DNA of 64,000 nt from Podarcis pityusensis (lineage: Eukaryota): NCBI GenBank assembly GCA_964106645.2, contig OZ067048.1; one strand, written 5' to 3'. Under the pieces are notes generated by a model, which was not told the DNA's origin, searched no databases, and worked only from the letters and a program-made list of their open reading frames with translations. Shown one piece after another: positions 13,465 through 25,410 of this stretch (position 1 is its first letter; every line of letters starts with the position of its first letter). The position numbers and the translations under genes are program-made.

Positions 13465-13575
13465 GCTGAGAGTACTTTCACAGAAGAGGAGGAAGAAAAG
13501 CTTCAAGCTGCTTTTTCAGTGGAGAAGCAAGATCTCCATCTTGTCCTTGAAACCATTGCATTCATTTTGGAACAG
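13465..13575 (+). CDS. COMMD10: COMMD10 exon 3
   Basis: Acceptor tttttatttcag|. 111 nt encoding [37 protein letters not shown]. Donor CAG|gtatct. Confidence 0.96.
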
Positions 13576-13995
13576 GTATCTTCTATTATAGTTCTATACT
13601 TTCAGTAAATTGATGCAAAGTATAATGGATAATCCTCCTCCTTTAAGGTACTGCATCATTAAAAACACTTGGGATTGCTTCTTCGTGCTTTAAGATTCCT
13701 GTACCTGCATGCTTATTAGTGAGTAAGCTGCATTGATCAGAATGGAACCTACCTTCCAAGAAAACATGCATAGGATTGTGATCTAAATTGGGATTATCTG
13801 GGGTTGTAATTCAGAATCCTGTGTGTGTGTGTGTGTGTGTGTGCACACATGTCACACATGTAGTCTTCCCTGGTTCTTGCAGTGGTATATATAATGGTGT
13901 GCTGTAGCGCATGGAACTGAAGAACATATACCCATATGTTAACTGGGATGGGTGCATAGGAAGAAATAATAGAGATGCAATTTGTTCCTTTTAGG

Positions 13996-14131
13996 CAGGC
14001 TTCCTCAACCTCGGCCCTCCAGATGTTTTGAGACTACAATTCCCAGCATCACTGACCACTGGTCCTGCTAGCTAGGGATCATGGGAGTTGAAGGCCAAAA
14101 ACATCTGGAGGGCTGAGGTTGAGGAAGCCTG
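13996..14131. mobile_element. hAT MITE (136 bp, largely palindromic)
   Basis: TIRs CAGGCTTCCTCAACCTC / GAGGTTGAGGAAGCCTG. 8-bp TSD CTTTTAGG / CTATTAGG. Confidence 0.9.
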
Positions 14132-14530
14132 CTATTAGGCATGTAAATAGGTTTACAAGTAATGCAACCTCCTGATCCTAAACATTGACTTAAGTAGGAT
14201 TTTATCCTGGTACTGTATATCATGTGTCAATTGTACAAGGCCTTTCCAGACAGTCTGTTTGCCCTGCAACAAATGTGCAGCTAATCATTTCAAGGGTTCC
14301 TACAACTTTAAAGTATCCTTTCTGTTGCAGAAATATTTTGTTGTTAAAAACATTCTGTTCTTCCTTCAGCCAGTGCCCTCATTGCTGTTGGGCATTTTGG
14401 ACATACCTACCTTGACTTAAATATTTGACACGGTTCATTATTTACCATCACTTGGGTTGTTTAGCATGTTGTCTAGCGTATCAGCTAGGGAAGTGTGTGT
14501 ATTGCATTATTTTTCTTTCCTTTTTTGCAG

Positions 14531-14686
14531 GCTGTGTATCACAATTTGAAGCCAACTGTTCTGCAACAGCAGTTGGAGCATTCCAAACTGGATCATGACA
14601 AAGCAGAAGTGTTTGCCACCACATGGGCTGCTGCAGGTCCAGAGACAGTGGAAAAGTTCAGACAGAGGACTTTGTCACCTCAGAAG
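14531..14686 (+). CDS. COMMD10: COMMD10 exon 4
   Basis: Acceptor ttccttttttgcag|. 156 nt encoding [52 protein letters not shown]. Donor AAG|gtaaca. Confidence 0.96.
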
Positions 14687-15967
14687 GTAACAGTTACAGA
14701 AACACATAGAAAATACTTTTTTATTGGGACAGAAGGTACACAGTAAATGGTGAATGTGATGCATATAAGCTAAGAACTAGGTGTGTGCCAAAATTGAAAG
14801 AAATATTTTAATAGTGAAAACCTAGATTTTATTGCTAGCGAAGCAATGTAAACATTCTAGTGTGTGGACATGCATATGCATGAGTCATTTTTGAGAGTTT
14901 GACACATTCTGTTCAAAAAACAGCAACAAACCTTGCATTGAACCCATTAATGCCTTGTAGAGAATCCAGTAGTTTACGTGACTGGCTCGTTGGTTGAATA
15001 AGATACTTGGCTGGTGTAAGAGAGTACAGCATTAAATGATTCAAATAAGGCAATGAAACCATTTATTTAAGAATAACATATTACATATTATTATCGGTAG
15101 ATGTGGTTACTGGTTGAATTGTGAAATGTACTTGGGCAGTGTGCCCAAGTTTCCTTAAGGCAACACGTACATGTAGCAAGATCAGAGCGTTTATTTATTT
15201 ATTTATTTGTTCATTTATTAATATCGCAATACATTAATAAATAATATTCAGAGCATTCGTTTCTGTTGTATCACCACGAATCTTATTCTCTGCTGTGCCT
15301 CATCTTATTTTAATTGGTTGTCGCTGTACTGATTGTTTACAGTTTTCATTCATGTACAATTAAAAAAACATACATATGAGATGGATGCATAAGGGAGATG
15401 GGAGGAAATTAGAATGTACTGAGTATTAAAACCTGGGACTATTAAAAAAAAATAACCACCTCTGTTACTATTAAGAGCATAATTAAGGTGACAAATGAGT
15501 TTGGAAAGGTTTAAGCAAAAACTACTCTAATGGTGCTCTATCAAGAGAGTTGTGTTTACTTCTGTGCCACATGTGGGATAGATTGCTTCTTTAAATGCGC
15601 TTACATACCCCATTAGGTAAGAAGGCAGGAAGGGGAACATTGTATTATGAGCTTTTATTATTGATCCCGTGGAGTAGCTGCCTTAGTCCAGTAGATGGTT
15701 GAAAGGCTACACACTTTTAGAGAGGCAGAAGGTCAGAGCCACATGAAAAGGCAGGAGAATGTTAGCTCGTCCTTCGCTCTGACACATTTGTTTTTTGGGA
15801 TTTTTTTAGTATTGGGTGCTATTTTAACAAGATCTACCCTCGTATTGCCTGGGAGAAGTACCAATCTGCAGCAGGCTCCATCAGCTGTTTCTGCTCTTAG
15901 GACTCATGTCAGCTGTTCTTGCATGGAAATGCCATATGTGTGAACCGGGTTGAATCGATGTGATAGA

Positions 15968-15968
15968 C

Positions 15969-16011
<43 letters not shown>

Positions 16012-16016
16012 TACAC
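15968..16016. repeat. (CATACA)n microsatellite
   Basis: About 8 perfect hexamer units. Confidence 0.95.
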
Positions 16017-16670
16017 TAACATGATTTGTGACAACTTGAAAGGAAGGGCTCAGATTATAGTAGAGTCGTTAATGAAATCCACAAGCCAAATCTTCTCCCC
16101 TGGTAATTTTTTTAGAGGAGGTATCACTCCCCCCCCCCCGCCACTCAGCTTTCTAAAACAGTAGAAGGGAGCTGACAACCAAGTTTAGGGGGCTGGGTGC
16201 CCTGTAGTCTACCTATGTTTGAGCAAAGTGTTGCCTTTGTCACTGAGAAATTGCAGGTGTTGCTCAGATGCAGTTATCTCTCCTCTGTACGTGGTGAGTG
16301 TCGCCTGGCTGCAAGATGGCCTTTGCCATGCTAGGCTCCCCACGTATTTGCATAGGAAATGCTCGTGAGTGTAAAGCAGCCCTTAGTTTGCTTCATGTTG
16401 CATAAGCCAGGACAGGAGGGGCTGCGAAGGGAGCTTGGGGTTGCTGGGGCTAGAAGAAATGGTGTAGGTTTGAATGCAACAAACCTAGGACTATAAAGGA
16501 CGCAAGTTCGGTAAAAGGCAAGCAGGAGTCACGGAAAGGGGGTGGGAAGGAGAATATGGGAAAGTGGCTTGAAGAGGCAGTGTTTGAAGCCCCAATCAAA
16601 GGCTTCGTACATGGCCTAGGGGCAAAAGGGTGTGTGAAAAGGGATCTTTTGGGACAAGGAGGATGCCATG

Positions 16671-17203
16671 TGTAGCGATCACACAGGGTCTCTGGACGTT
16701 TAATGGTCTATTGATCCCTGTGCCACCACTGTACTCGCTTCCCCGCTGCCACCAACCCGTTACTCTCGGGTAAAACACTGAGTCCAGACAGTTGTTAAAA
16801 GTGAACCAAATAAACAAGTTTATTTTATAAACATTAACAAGTTTATGGTTTCTCAGATAATATTCCTGTCTTAACTGTAGTTTCTTTACCGGCCTATACC
16901 TTCCTAACACCTTCTGACTGATTATCTCAACTGTTTGACTGACTCTTAACAAATTCTCTCACTCTCTCACATCAGACTAGCCCAACCCACAGACTTATCC
17001 TCTTTGTCTCTTCTAACTCCAGACGGTCTTCGCAACCACCCTAACTCTAACTTCCTTCTCCTCCAAAAAAACCTCTGTGCTTAAACCTTATACACAATTA
17101 ACTCCGCCCCTTGGGTTCCCATTGGTTAGTCATTTTACAATTAGTGAACCCTTTCCTTATGAACCCAGTATGATGTCGCACACCTAGGAGGGCAAACGCC
17201 ACA
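16671..17203 (-). mobile_element. Solo LTR (533 bp; Gypsy- or ERV-like)
   Basis: TG...CA termini with inverted ends TGTAGCG / CGCCACA. 5-bp TSD CCATG at 16666-16670 and 17204-17208. On the minus strand: CCAAT, GC box, TATAA, then AATAAA. Confidence 0.85.
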
Positions 17204-17257
17204 CCATGCCTCTGCTTTTTTATTTGTATTTCCAAGATTGGGTACAATAATTTAAAT

Positions 17258-17585
17258 TGGGTCGGCAAAGTTTTTGTGGCTTGGGCCAGTTCACGGTCCC
17301 GCAGACGCAGCTGTTGGCCGGAGTGCGTGCGCACGCATGCGCAAACGCTATTTCCAGTGCTGCTCCTGGCGTGGAGGAGGCGTGCGCAGCTTCCCATTGG
17401 CTGCAGGAACTTCCTGCAGCCAATGGGAAGCCAGCCAGCATCGCGGAAGGGGGTCTCCGCTCTGCTCCATGCCAGTTTAGCATGGCGCACAGAAGCTGAC
17501 CGAGTGGGCGGCAGGGGTCCATGGGCCAGTTAAACAACCCCCATGGGCCGCTTGTGGCCTATGGGCCTTAGGTCGTTGACCCCTG
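17258..17585. mobile_element. hAT MITE, CpG-rich
   Basis: Termini GGGTCGGCAA / GTTGACCCCTG. TSD ATTTAAAT (17250-17257) / ACTTAAAT (17586-17593). Confidence 0.8.
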
Positions 17586-17657
17586 ACTTAAATGGACATG
17601 AACCTTTGCTCATTTGTATGGATAGAACACAGGACGATATTTATTCTCACTGCCTTC

Positions 17658-18588
17658 CTTTAGCCCAACTTCTATATGGCTCTCAAATTAGCCCCTCTGC
17701 CAACCTTAAGACCCTTGAAACAGTACAATCTAAATTCTTAAGATCATTATTTGCTACCCCTAAGTGTACACCTAATGCAGTCCTAAGGCAAGAGGCAGGA
17801 CTGCCCAGAGTGGAATTAAAAGTCTGGGAACAAGCAATATCCCTCTGGCTGAAAATCCATTACAATCCTAAGGGTCTATTATCTTGCTTCCTGGCCGCAG
17901 TTCCCTATTCTCCTTGGCTTATGCAAATTACTAACAAGATCAAACAAATTGGCCTAAACCCTGAAAATCTTTTTATTGGAACTCTGAACAAGGCAAAAGC
18001 TACTATCACTCGGAGACTTTATGATATCGAATTACAACAAGAAGGCGCCCTACTCCCGGAGACGTATAGATGTTTAAAAGCTTGGCCTAATTTTGCAGCT
18101 GCCCCTTACTTAACTAACATCACTAACGAAGCCTATAGATGGGCTTTCTCTAGAGCCCGCTTTGAGACAATGCCCTCAGCAGTCCTGTACGGCAAATTCA
18201 CGCGGGTTCCAATGCATGCGCGTCTCTGCCCTTGTATGTCTAATAAGGTAGAATCTGTCACACACATTCTTCTATCTTGCGAATTTTATAGTGAAGAACG
18301 AGTTCAACTTATTTTACCGCTTCTATCAAAATTTATACCCCTTCAATATTATTTGGAATCCTCCCCTGAAATTCTTCGAAAATACCTCCTGGAAGATTCC
18401 TCAAGCTCAATATCATATGAGGTGGCTAAATTTTGCACTTTAGTAATTAAGAAGCGTAAATCTCTTCTGTTGAATGGCACACTGCGAAGTTCCCTTGTGT
18501 AACCTTTTTTCTTTTCTGAAGTTGTTGCTGATTTCTTGTTGTCTGATCTTGTGGTGTTTAGTGTCACTGGCTTTGGCCGCAATAAAAC
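17658..18588 (+). mobile_element. Non-LTR retrotransposon 3' part, RTE-X-like, reading frame intact
   Basis: 14-bp TSD TTCTCACTGCCTTC at 17644-17657 and 18589-18602. Stop-free ORF to 18502 with RT-thumb motif (LLYG...LETVQSKFLRSLF...PNAVLRQEAG) and C-terminal RLCPC...VESVTHILLSCEFY zinc finger. Ends GGCCGCAATAAAA. Clade assignment is from motif recall. Confidence 0.85.
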
Positions 18589-19220
18589 TTCTCACTGCCT
18601 TCATTTTGTGTTCCGTGGGTGGGTGGAGGGAGGTGGAAGCAGTTATTGGCTTCAAATGGCTTCTTGTACAGGTATTTAACATAGATTAAAATCTCTGTCT
18701 GCCTGTAGCTGTTTGGAAGCAATGCGTTAGAAGCTGCCTTGAAATTAACTGGAATAAATTCAAAGCATGAGTGTTCACATTAACAGCTTGGTTAGGGGTA
18801 CTGCTAATGCCAGAAGGAGCAGAACTATTAGAAGTAGATCCAGATACATGGCTAGATCTAATATAAAAATAAACGTTTAGTTTTATTTTTCTTTTGTGCT
18901 CAAGGGATGACATAATGAGGGACTGGTGTGGTCTGACTGATAGTTGATTATAACAGAGATCAATACGAGATTTATTACCGTGCCATAACTTTGTGGTTGC
19001 TCTTTTTTCATTGTGCTTATACTATTGCTGTGTTAGCAATCTTTTCTTTTTTTAAAAAAAGAAGAAAAATTCATCGAAAGATGATTCTACAGCTTTAACT
19101 TTTTATATATATATATATTATGCTGGCAAGATTCTACTGCTAACCTGCTGAAGGTTGACACACAAAACAAAAATCCACAAAAGTTAAGTGAATGAAACCA
19201 GCCCATATTATGCTTTATAG

Positions 19221-19398
19221 CAGTGGTTCCCAATTAGCTAAGTACTGTGGACCTCTGCTTTTCAAAAGCCAAGCCATGGACCCCTTACTTTTGAAAATGT
19301 TGATATTTCTATGGTAGTTTTTGTTAGGTGAAGGGTGAAGCCCTGGGTGGCTTACATGAACCTTCTGGGGTTCAAGGATCACCAATTGGGAAGCACTG
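19221..19398. mobile_element. hAT MITE
   Basis: TIRs CAGTGGTTCCCAATT / AATTGGGAAGCACTG. TSD CTTTATAG / CTTTAGAG. Confidence 0.85.
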
Positions 19399-19843
19399 CT
19401 TTAGAGGCTCAGATTTGCTCACAGTTCTTTTCTTGACATGATGATGTGTTGGATCCCAAGGCTACAGTCCTCTCCCTTTCTCTATGCCCATCGTTGCAAG
19501 TAGCCAGGCACTAAGAAACCTTATACATTCCTAGGAAGGGGGTACTGTGTGGCCCATTGGCTGCACCATAGCCACCAAATGTGATGTGATTGGTTTAAGC
19601 AGCTGCAACACTTTGAGTCTGGGCTCCATGTCTGAAAGAAGCTTGCTACTGCTCAGATGAGATGCTTCAAGATTGGTGTTTAATGCATATGTAGCCACTG
19701 GCTCTAGTGGTATCCCAGTTCCCAGAGATGCTTTTGACACAGAGAATGCCAGTCCCTTCCTAGAGGAAGGACAAAAATTCATTGCTGAGTTTTCTTTAAA
19801 TATGGGTTAGTAGTTTTAACGGGTGTTTGAAAAATAGGACATA

Positions 19844-20149
19844 CAAAAAAGAATGGGAAAAATTAATAATCTCCCCAAGAGAACACTGTAAGCAAATCTA
19901 AACATAAGCTGGACTTTAAGAACCACTTGTAAAGTAACGGGTTTTATGTACAACTTACACTTACGAGAAGTATGGAGAATATATTGATATGTAGATTGGT
20001 AAAAAATTGTTATTAGGACCCATGTAAGGGATGGGGGAAAGTCACAAGATTCAGAGAATCTCATGGCTTGATTATATAAAGAATTTTTCTTACCACTTTG
20101 TAATTATAAAAACTAATAAAAAATATTTCGAAAACAAAGAAAATAAAAA
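19844..20149 (+). mobile_element. L1-clade LINE 3' end
   Basis: 15-bp TSD GAAAAATAGGACATA at 19829-19843 and 20150-20164. AATAAA plus A-rich tail. Begins with a KKEWE-like ORF2 end. Confidence 0.8.
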
Positions 20150-22691
20150 GAAAAATAGGACATAGAGTAGTGAGAAAGGTCCTTTAGAAGACTCTTTTGG
20201 AAGAAGCCTTTTTTGCTGAAAACGAGAAACATTTGCTGAAGAGCAGGTGGTTTGTAGCTTCCCATATTTTTTCTGGCAATGTCCTCCTTTCAGGAGCTTA
20301 GAGCCACTGTCTGTTTAAAGATCCTCCTGCGCTAATGTTTAATGATGCTTATCTTCCTCTTTTTAGCTTGATTCCTAAAACGATGTTGGGCTTTGTCACC
20401 TTTGTCATTACTACAGAGGCTGTTTTAACACTGTTATAAATCACATTAAGTTCATTTTTAAATGCATCATCTAACCTGTCTACAGTCTCTTTCTCACTCC
20501 CCAGTCTCTTCACCTGTTCCCGCCTCTCGGGAGCATGAATCCTTCATGTGCAGATTCCTTAGCTTAAAATTGGAGCACAAATAAGAAATTTATGCAAGTG
20601 ACTTTTCGGTGCTGGAAACAAGCGTTTCTGCCAATATCAGCTTCCATCCAAGGTCAAATAGCACCTAGAGGAAGGGATTCTCATCAGGATCCTGAGGGAG
20701 GAATTAACCCTAACCCCCCCTCCACTATGCCTGCTATTTAAGAAGAAACAAATGCAGGTTTTTCTAGTTTGAGCCACTGCTGTACTCTGTCAGGTTTTTG
20801 GGGGGATGGGATTGGGAGGAATATGTAAACTGGATTGAAATTTGTATATCAAAAAGAGGACTGTGTAGGCCAAGAATGTGACTATAAAGTGTGTTGGTAT
20901 AGGGTACCCCGATGCAAAACGTGGGTGCCCGTAATTAGTATTTAGGGTTCCCAGTTCACAAAAAATGCTTGCTGAACTGGAAGTAGCTTTCAAGTGTTCA
21001 GGGAAAGCTCTAACAGTTGTATTCTTTATGGCAACCCTGTAAAATAGGTTGATATTACTATCCCTCATAGCGTAGTTGGGGAAATGAAGGCAGAGCGAGA
21101 TGGGGTGGCCTAAGGCAGAGATAAGATTCAAAGCAGAGACTGATTCGCAGTTCATTCTTTTAGCTGCTGCGCTGCACTGTTGGTTGAGGTTATCTGCGGA
21201 AGTGGTGGGATGTTGTTCCTAAATAAAACAAAATATTGTGCGAACTGCGGCAGTGAAAATGGTTCATGGCACAGGCTGTTGAAGGAAGGAAAGGGTGTGT
21301 GTGTATATATATATTCTCATCTTTCTAGTCAGTTGTTTTTATGACTTTGTACAAGTTTGCATAAAACTGTTTTGTCATCCGTTATATATGTTAGTAGGGT
21401 CCCAGATTTTTCAAGCACCTTTAATTTAGATACTGTGAGGTTATGCAGTGCCCTCATTAAAGAGTGCCGTTGCTTAATGAAGGGTTACTCACTGCATATG
21501 TATATAGTTTTAATTCTATCAATGTTTAATTGCTTTTTAATTATTGTTTTCGTTTTGAGCAGTTCTTGATTTTATCTGTAAGCAATCTTGAGTCCTGGCA
21601 GGGAAGAAGGCAAGGTATAAATATAATGATGATGTTGATGATGATGATGATGGTACTTGCAGAAAGCAGCCTGCTGGCCAGTTTCTACTGAGCTGCATAG
21701 TCTCTGTCGGTGTTGGGATTCCTCCAAAGAGAACTATGTAGAATTTGGTCTGATCTTGCAAATACCTTGTTCTTAAGAGTGTATGGTTGGAATACATTGG
21801 CTGTTAAAGAGATTGTGTATGTGTGTGTGCATTGGTTTTTGTTGTGTAAATTCGAAACACATTGGTGGACCATGGGGAGTCTTTAAAGCAGGGAGGGACA
21901 TAGACCCCTCAAGAATGAAGTCAGCCCTCTCCCATTCTAATGTAATACTGAAGGTTATCCACTGTCTGATAAGTTATTGCTTCTGGGAAATGATTTTGAA
22001 CTGTGTAATTCTACATATTAGGTGTGATAATTTTGCACGCACACATTCAAAAAATAAAACCCCAGCCTTAAAACTTGTGTTTGGTAAGAGACCTGCTGTA
22101 TGTAACAATATATTGTTGTATAACATATTTTCAAAAGCAAATCTCTGTAAAAAATAATTTTGCTTACTTGGAGGGTTCCTTAATTCTCAGCATGTGTTAA
22201 GTAACCCACTTCTCTATGCCTATATGCCTTGTCCCATTTTATTGCGATCATATATCATGTACTCTTAGCAGTCAGAATTGGATGGACTCTATTATATTCA
22301 ATCTTCCTTTCAATAAAATAAATAGGTAAGCCATTCTGAAGCCCCAGGCAGCATATGGTACATTAATCAAAGATTTTGAAAGCATAGCTGTATTTCTAGA
22401 AATGTGGGGTGAAAACTCCACTTGAATTGCGCTGGAAAATCAGACCATCCAATCTATGAAAAGGTTACTTGTATTTTCCTTTGCTTGCTTACTCCGTTAA
22501 TCTGCAGTGTAATTTGTGATTGTTCCAGTGCTTCTGTGGTTCTCTGATATTTTTTAAAGTGTGCATTAAATCTGAATATATATTTTTTCTAATAGTTTTC
22601 AATGCTACTGTGGTAAAATAACCATACGTCAAAGAAAGTGTAGTTGTGAGGAAAACCTGTGTTCCATGCACAGCAATGCTCGCATGGTGTA

Positions 22692-22933
22692 CAGTGGTAC
22701 CTCAGGTTAAGTACTTAATTTGTTCCGGAGGTCCGTTATTAACCTGAAACTGTTCTCAACCTGAAGCAGCACTTTAGTTAATGGGGCCTCCTGCTGCTGC
22801 CACACCGCCGGAGCACAATTTCTGTTCTCATCCTGAAGCAAAGTTCTTAACCCGAGGTACTATTTCTGGGTTAGCGGAGTCTGTAACATGAAGCATATGT
22901 AACATGAAGCGTATGTAACCCGAGGTACCACTA
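22692..22933. mobile_element. Tc1/mariner-superfamily MITE
   Basis: TIRs CAGTGGTACCTC / GAGGTACCACT(A) with TA flanks. Near-identical to the copies at 34854, 47869 and 58153. Confidence 0.9.
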
Positions 22934-24463
22934 TATTGACACAACATCACATTTCATGAGTTGGGGATGGTAGAAAAGGGAGCCAGCATGATGCAGTCGA
23001 AGAGCTTCTGAAATGGCTGATAAACGTGTGGAATTGTTTATGCCACAAAAGGAATTGTTGTTGTTATTTGTATTTATGAATTTCTCTTCCACCAAGGGAC
23101 CTTGGGGTGATTCACAGCAAAATATTCATAAAACAACAACTCTTTAAACCTCCTCAAACCACAGAGTCAGTAAGTGAATAAAAAACCTTGGCTATAGATG
23201 TGGGTTTTTTGGAGCAAAACAAACCATGGTCTCTGGGTTGGACATAATGTTAACTCAGGGACCATGGCTTGTTTCTTCTGTGAGCAAAGCAGCCAATATC
23301 TGTGCATTCATTATAAACTTTCATTATGGTTTACAATGACATGTGAGCAAGATATCTTGTGGCTTGTGTGTCAGAAATGAAACATGTTTTAAGATCACTA
23401 AAACCAGGATGGAAAAATGATTATGTGACACTAATACCTGTGTATTAAGTCTTTGTTCTGACAAGAACATTCCATCTTTCATCTCCTCATTTCCATAGGA
23501 GACAACTATACTTGTAAAACAGAGATATATTAACATTAATAAGGTCAAATGTTTTATTTCTCATATAGTGGAAGCCCCAGGGCTACACTGGTAACTTTTC
23601 ACTGAAAGTCTAAGCCCAGCTTAAAAAAAAAAGTTATCAATTCTATCTCAAACTTTTAGCAAAGTTGAAGCTTTAAATATCCTGATTTACAGTATTTAAA
23701 CTGGTACACCATATGGTGTTCCTGTTTGATTTCCCCCTGTGGAAGTCGCGCATCTAAATAAATGTGATATATGAATGAAAACATTTATAAAAAGCCTGGC
23801 TTTCAAGTATTTACATAAAAATAGAATTTTGGAACAGTATGGCTATGAGGACCCAGTTGCCTTTTAGACAATGACCCAGGATCCTCTGGGGCCAAACAGA
23901 TTCTGAGAGATTATGGTAACTCATTTAGGAAAATACTGTTTGCAGCTACCAGTAGTACCACTTGCTCACATAATCAAAATTGTCTAAGGGATGGTTAATA
24001 TTGTAATGGGAATCCAGAATTCTCTACCCACATACTCTGGCTTACTGTTTCTGTTTTATTCATACTCACCCAGAGAATAAAAATCTCCCTTTTCAACTTT
24101 ATAGCACTTGATGGAAACAGTAAATATGGCCCAGCAAATAATACCAGTTTTCCCTCCCTTTTAAATAGGTCTATATCTATATCATGTATATCTATATATA
24201 TCTCTCTATGAATCCTGGAAGTTTTTGTTTCCTGTAAACATGACAGTGGTGTTTGCCATGTGATACTTGCTTACAAAAATGTTTGGAAATAGAATACGGA
24301 AAAATCCCTGGGTTTAAAAACCGGTAAAAGTTTGCAACTTTGCCTTCAGGCTTGCATTTTTATATGCTCAAGGAAACGGCTTTTGAATCTCATGCTCTTA
24401 GCCCTGCAAACCAAAAAATAGCTGACAAGTCAGGGATCTATAAATATATTTTCGTTGCTAGAA

Positions 24464-24849
24464 TAAAGGAAAAGGTAAAGGACCCCTGGACAGTTAAATC
24501 CAGTCAAAGTGACTATGGGGTTGCAGCGCTCATCTAGCTTTCAGGCTGAGGGAGCCGGCGTTTGTCCACAGACAGCTTTCCGGGTCATGACTAAACGGAT
24601 TTTGGTGCAACAGGACACCGTGACACCGTGACAAGTGCCAGAGCGCACAGAAATGCTGTTTACCTTCCCACCACAGTAGTACCTATTTATCTACTTGCAC
24701 TGGTGTGCTTTCGAACTGCTAGCTTGGCAGAAGCTGGGACAGAGCAACAGGAGCTTACTCCATCATATGGATTTGAACAGCCGACCTTCCAGTCAGCAAG
24801 CCCAAGAGTCTCAGTGGTTTAGACCACAGCACCAACAGCGTGCACCTCA
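24464..24849 (-). mobile_element. Sauria SINE (older variant)
   Basis: Conserved body. 9-bp TSD TTGCTAGAA at 24455-24463 and 24850-24858. Confidence 0.9.
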
Positions 24850-25299
24850 TTGCTAGAAGCCAGTAGCTTTGACTGAATGCACATAGGGAGCAGTTTGGCT
24901 GATTTGAGAAGGCCCTGTTTTCACATTGTAACCTCTCCAGCACAGGCACTTTTTATCTTTGCAGCTCTCACAGTTAATACCTTTGAGAACTAGGAACTAG
25001 CAAACATCATTTGTGGTTTGTGGTTTTAATCACAATTGCATACTTTTAGGGTGCTTGAAGTCTATCCTCATGAATAGGGTGATTGTCCTGGAATAAGCCT
25101 TATCTGTTACTTCATATAATTGCAGTGAAAACGACCCAGGCTTTAGGTTAAGGAAGAACTGAGTAAAGTTTCTAGAAGTGTGTTTCTTGCAGTCTGTAGG
25201 CTGTCGGTGTTTGCTTAGGATCAGCCCTGAAAGCTAAAACATTGATTTACCTGGGTGGTTGTGGCGCATCTTATTTTAATTTGCATTTGTGTTTCCTAG

Positions 25300-25410
25300 C
25301 TTGAGTCTGTTGGATGGCAGCTTAACCTTCAGATGGCTCAATCAACCCAAGCAAAACAAAAATCTCCTCAAGCTGTTTTAGAACTTGGAATGAACAATGA
25401 AGATTCAAAG
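25300..25410 (+). CDS. COMMD10: COMMD10 exon 5 (start of the COMM domain); exons 6-7 lie beyond the window
   Basis: Acceptor ttgtgtttcctag|. 111 nt encoding [37 protein letters not shown]. Donor AAG|gtaaga. Confidence 0.96.

Noticed and set aside
16286-16670. A second, older LTR around the solo LTR (TGT start, CTATAAA)
   Set aside because: No matching CA terminus or TSD could be identified.
17543-18502. Longest ORF in the window (319 aa) as a novel host gene
   Set aside because: It lies almost wholly within a TSD-bounded LINE 3' fragment with RT-thumb and zinc-finger motifs.
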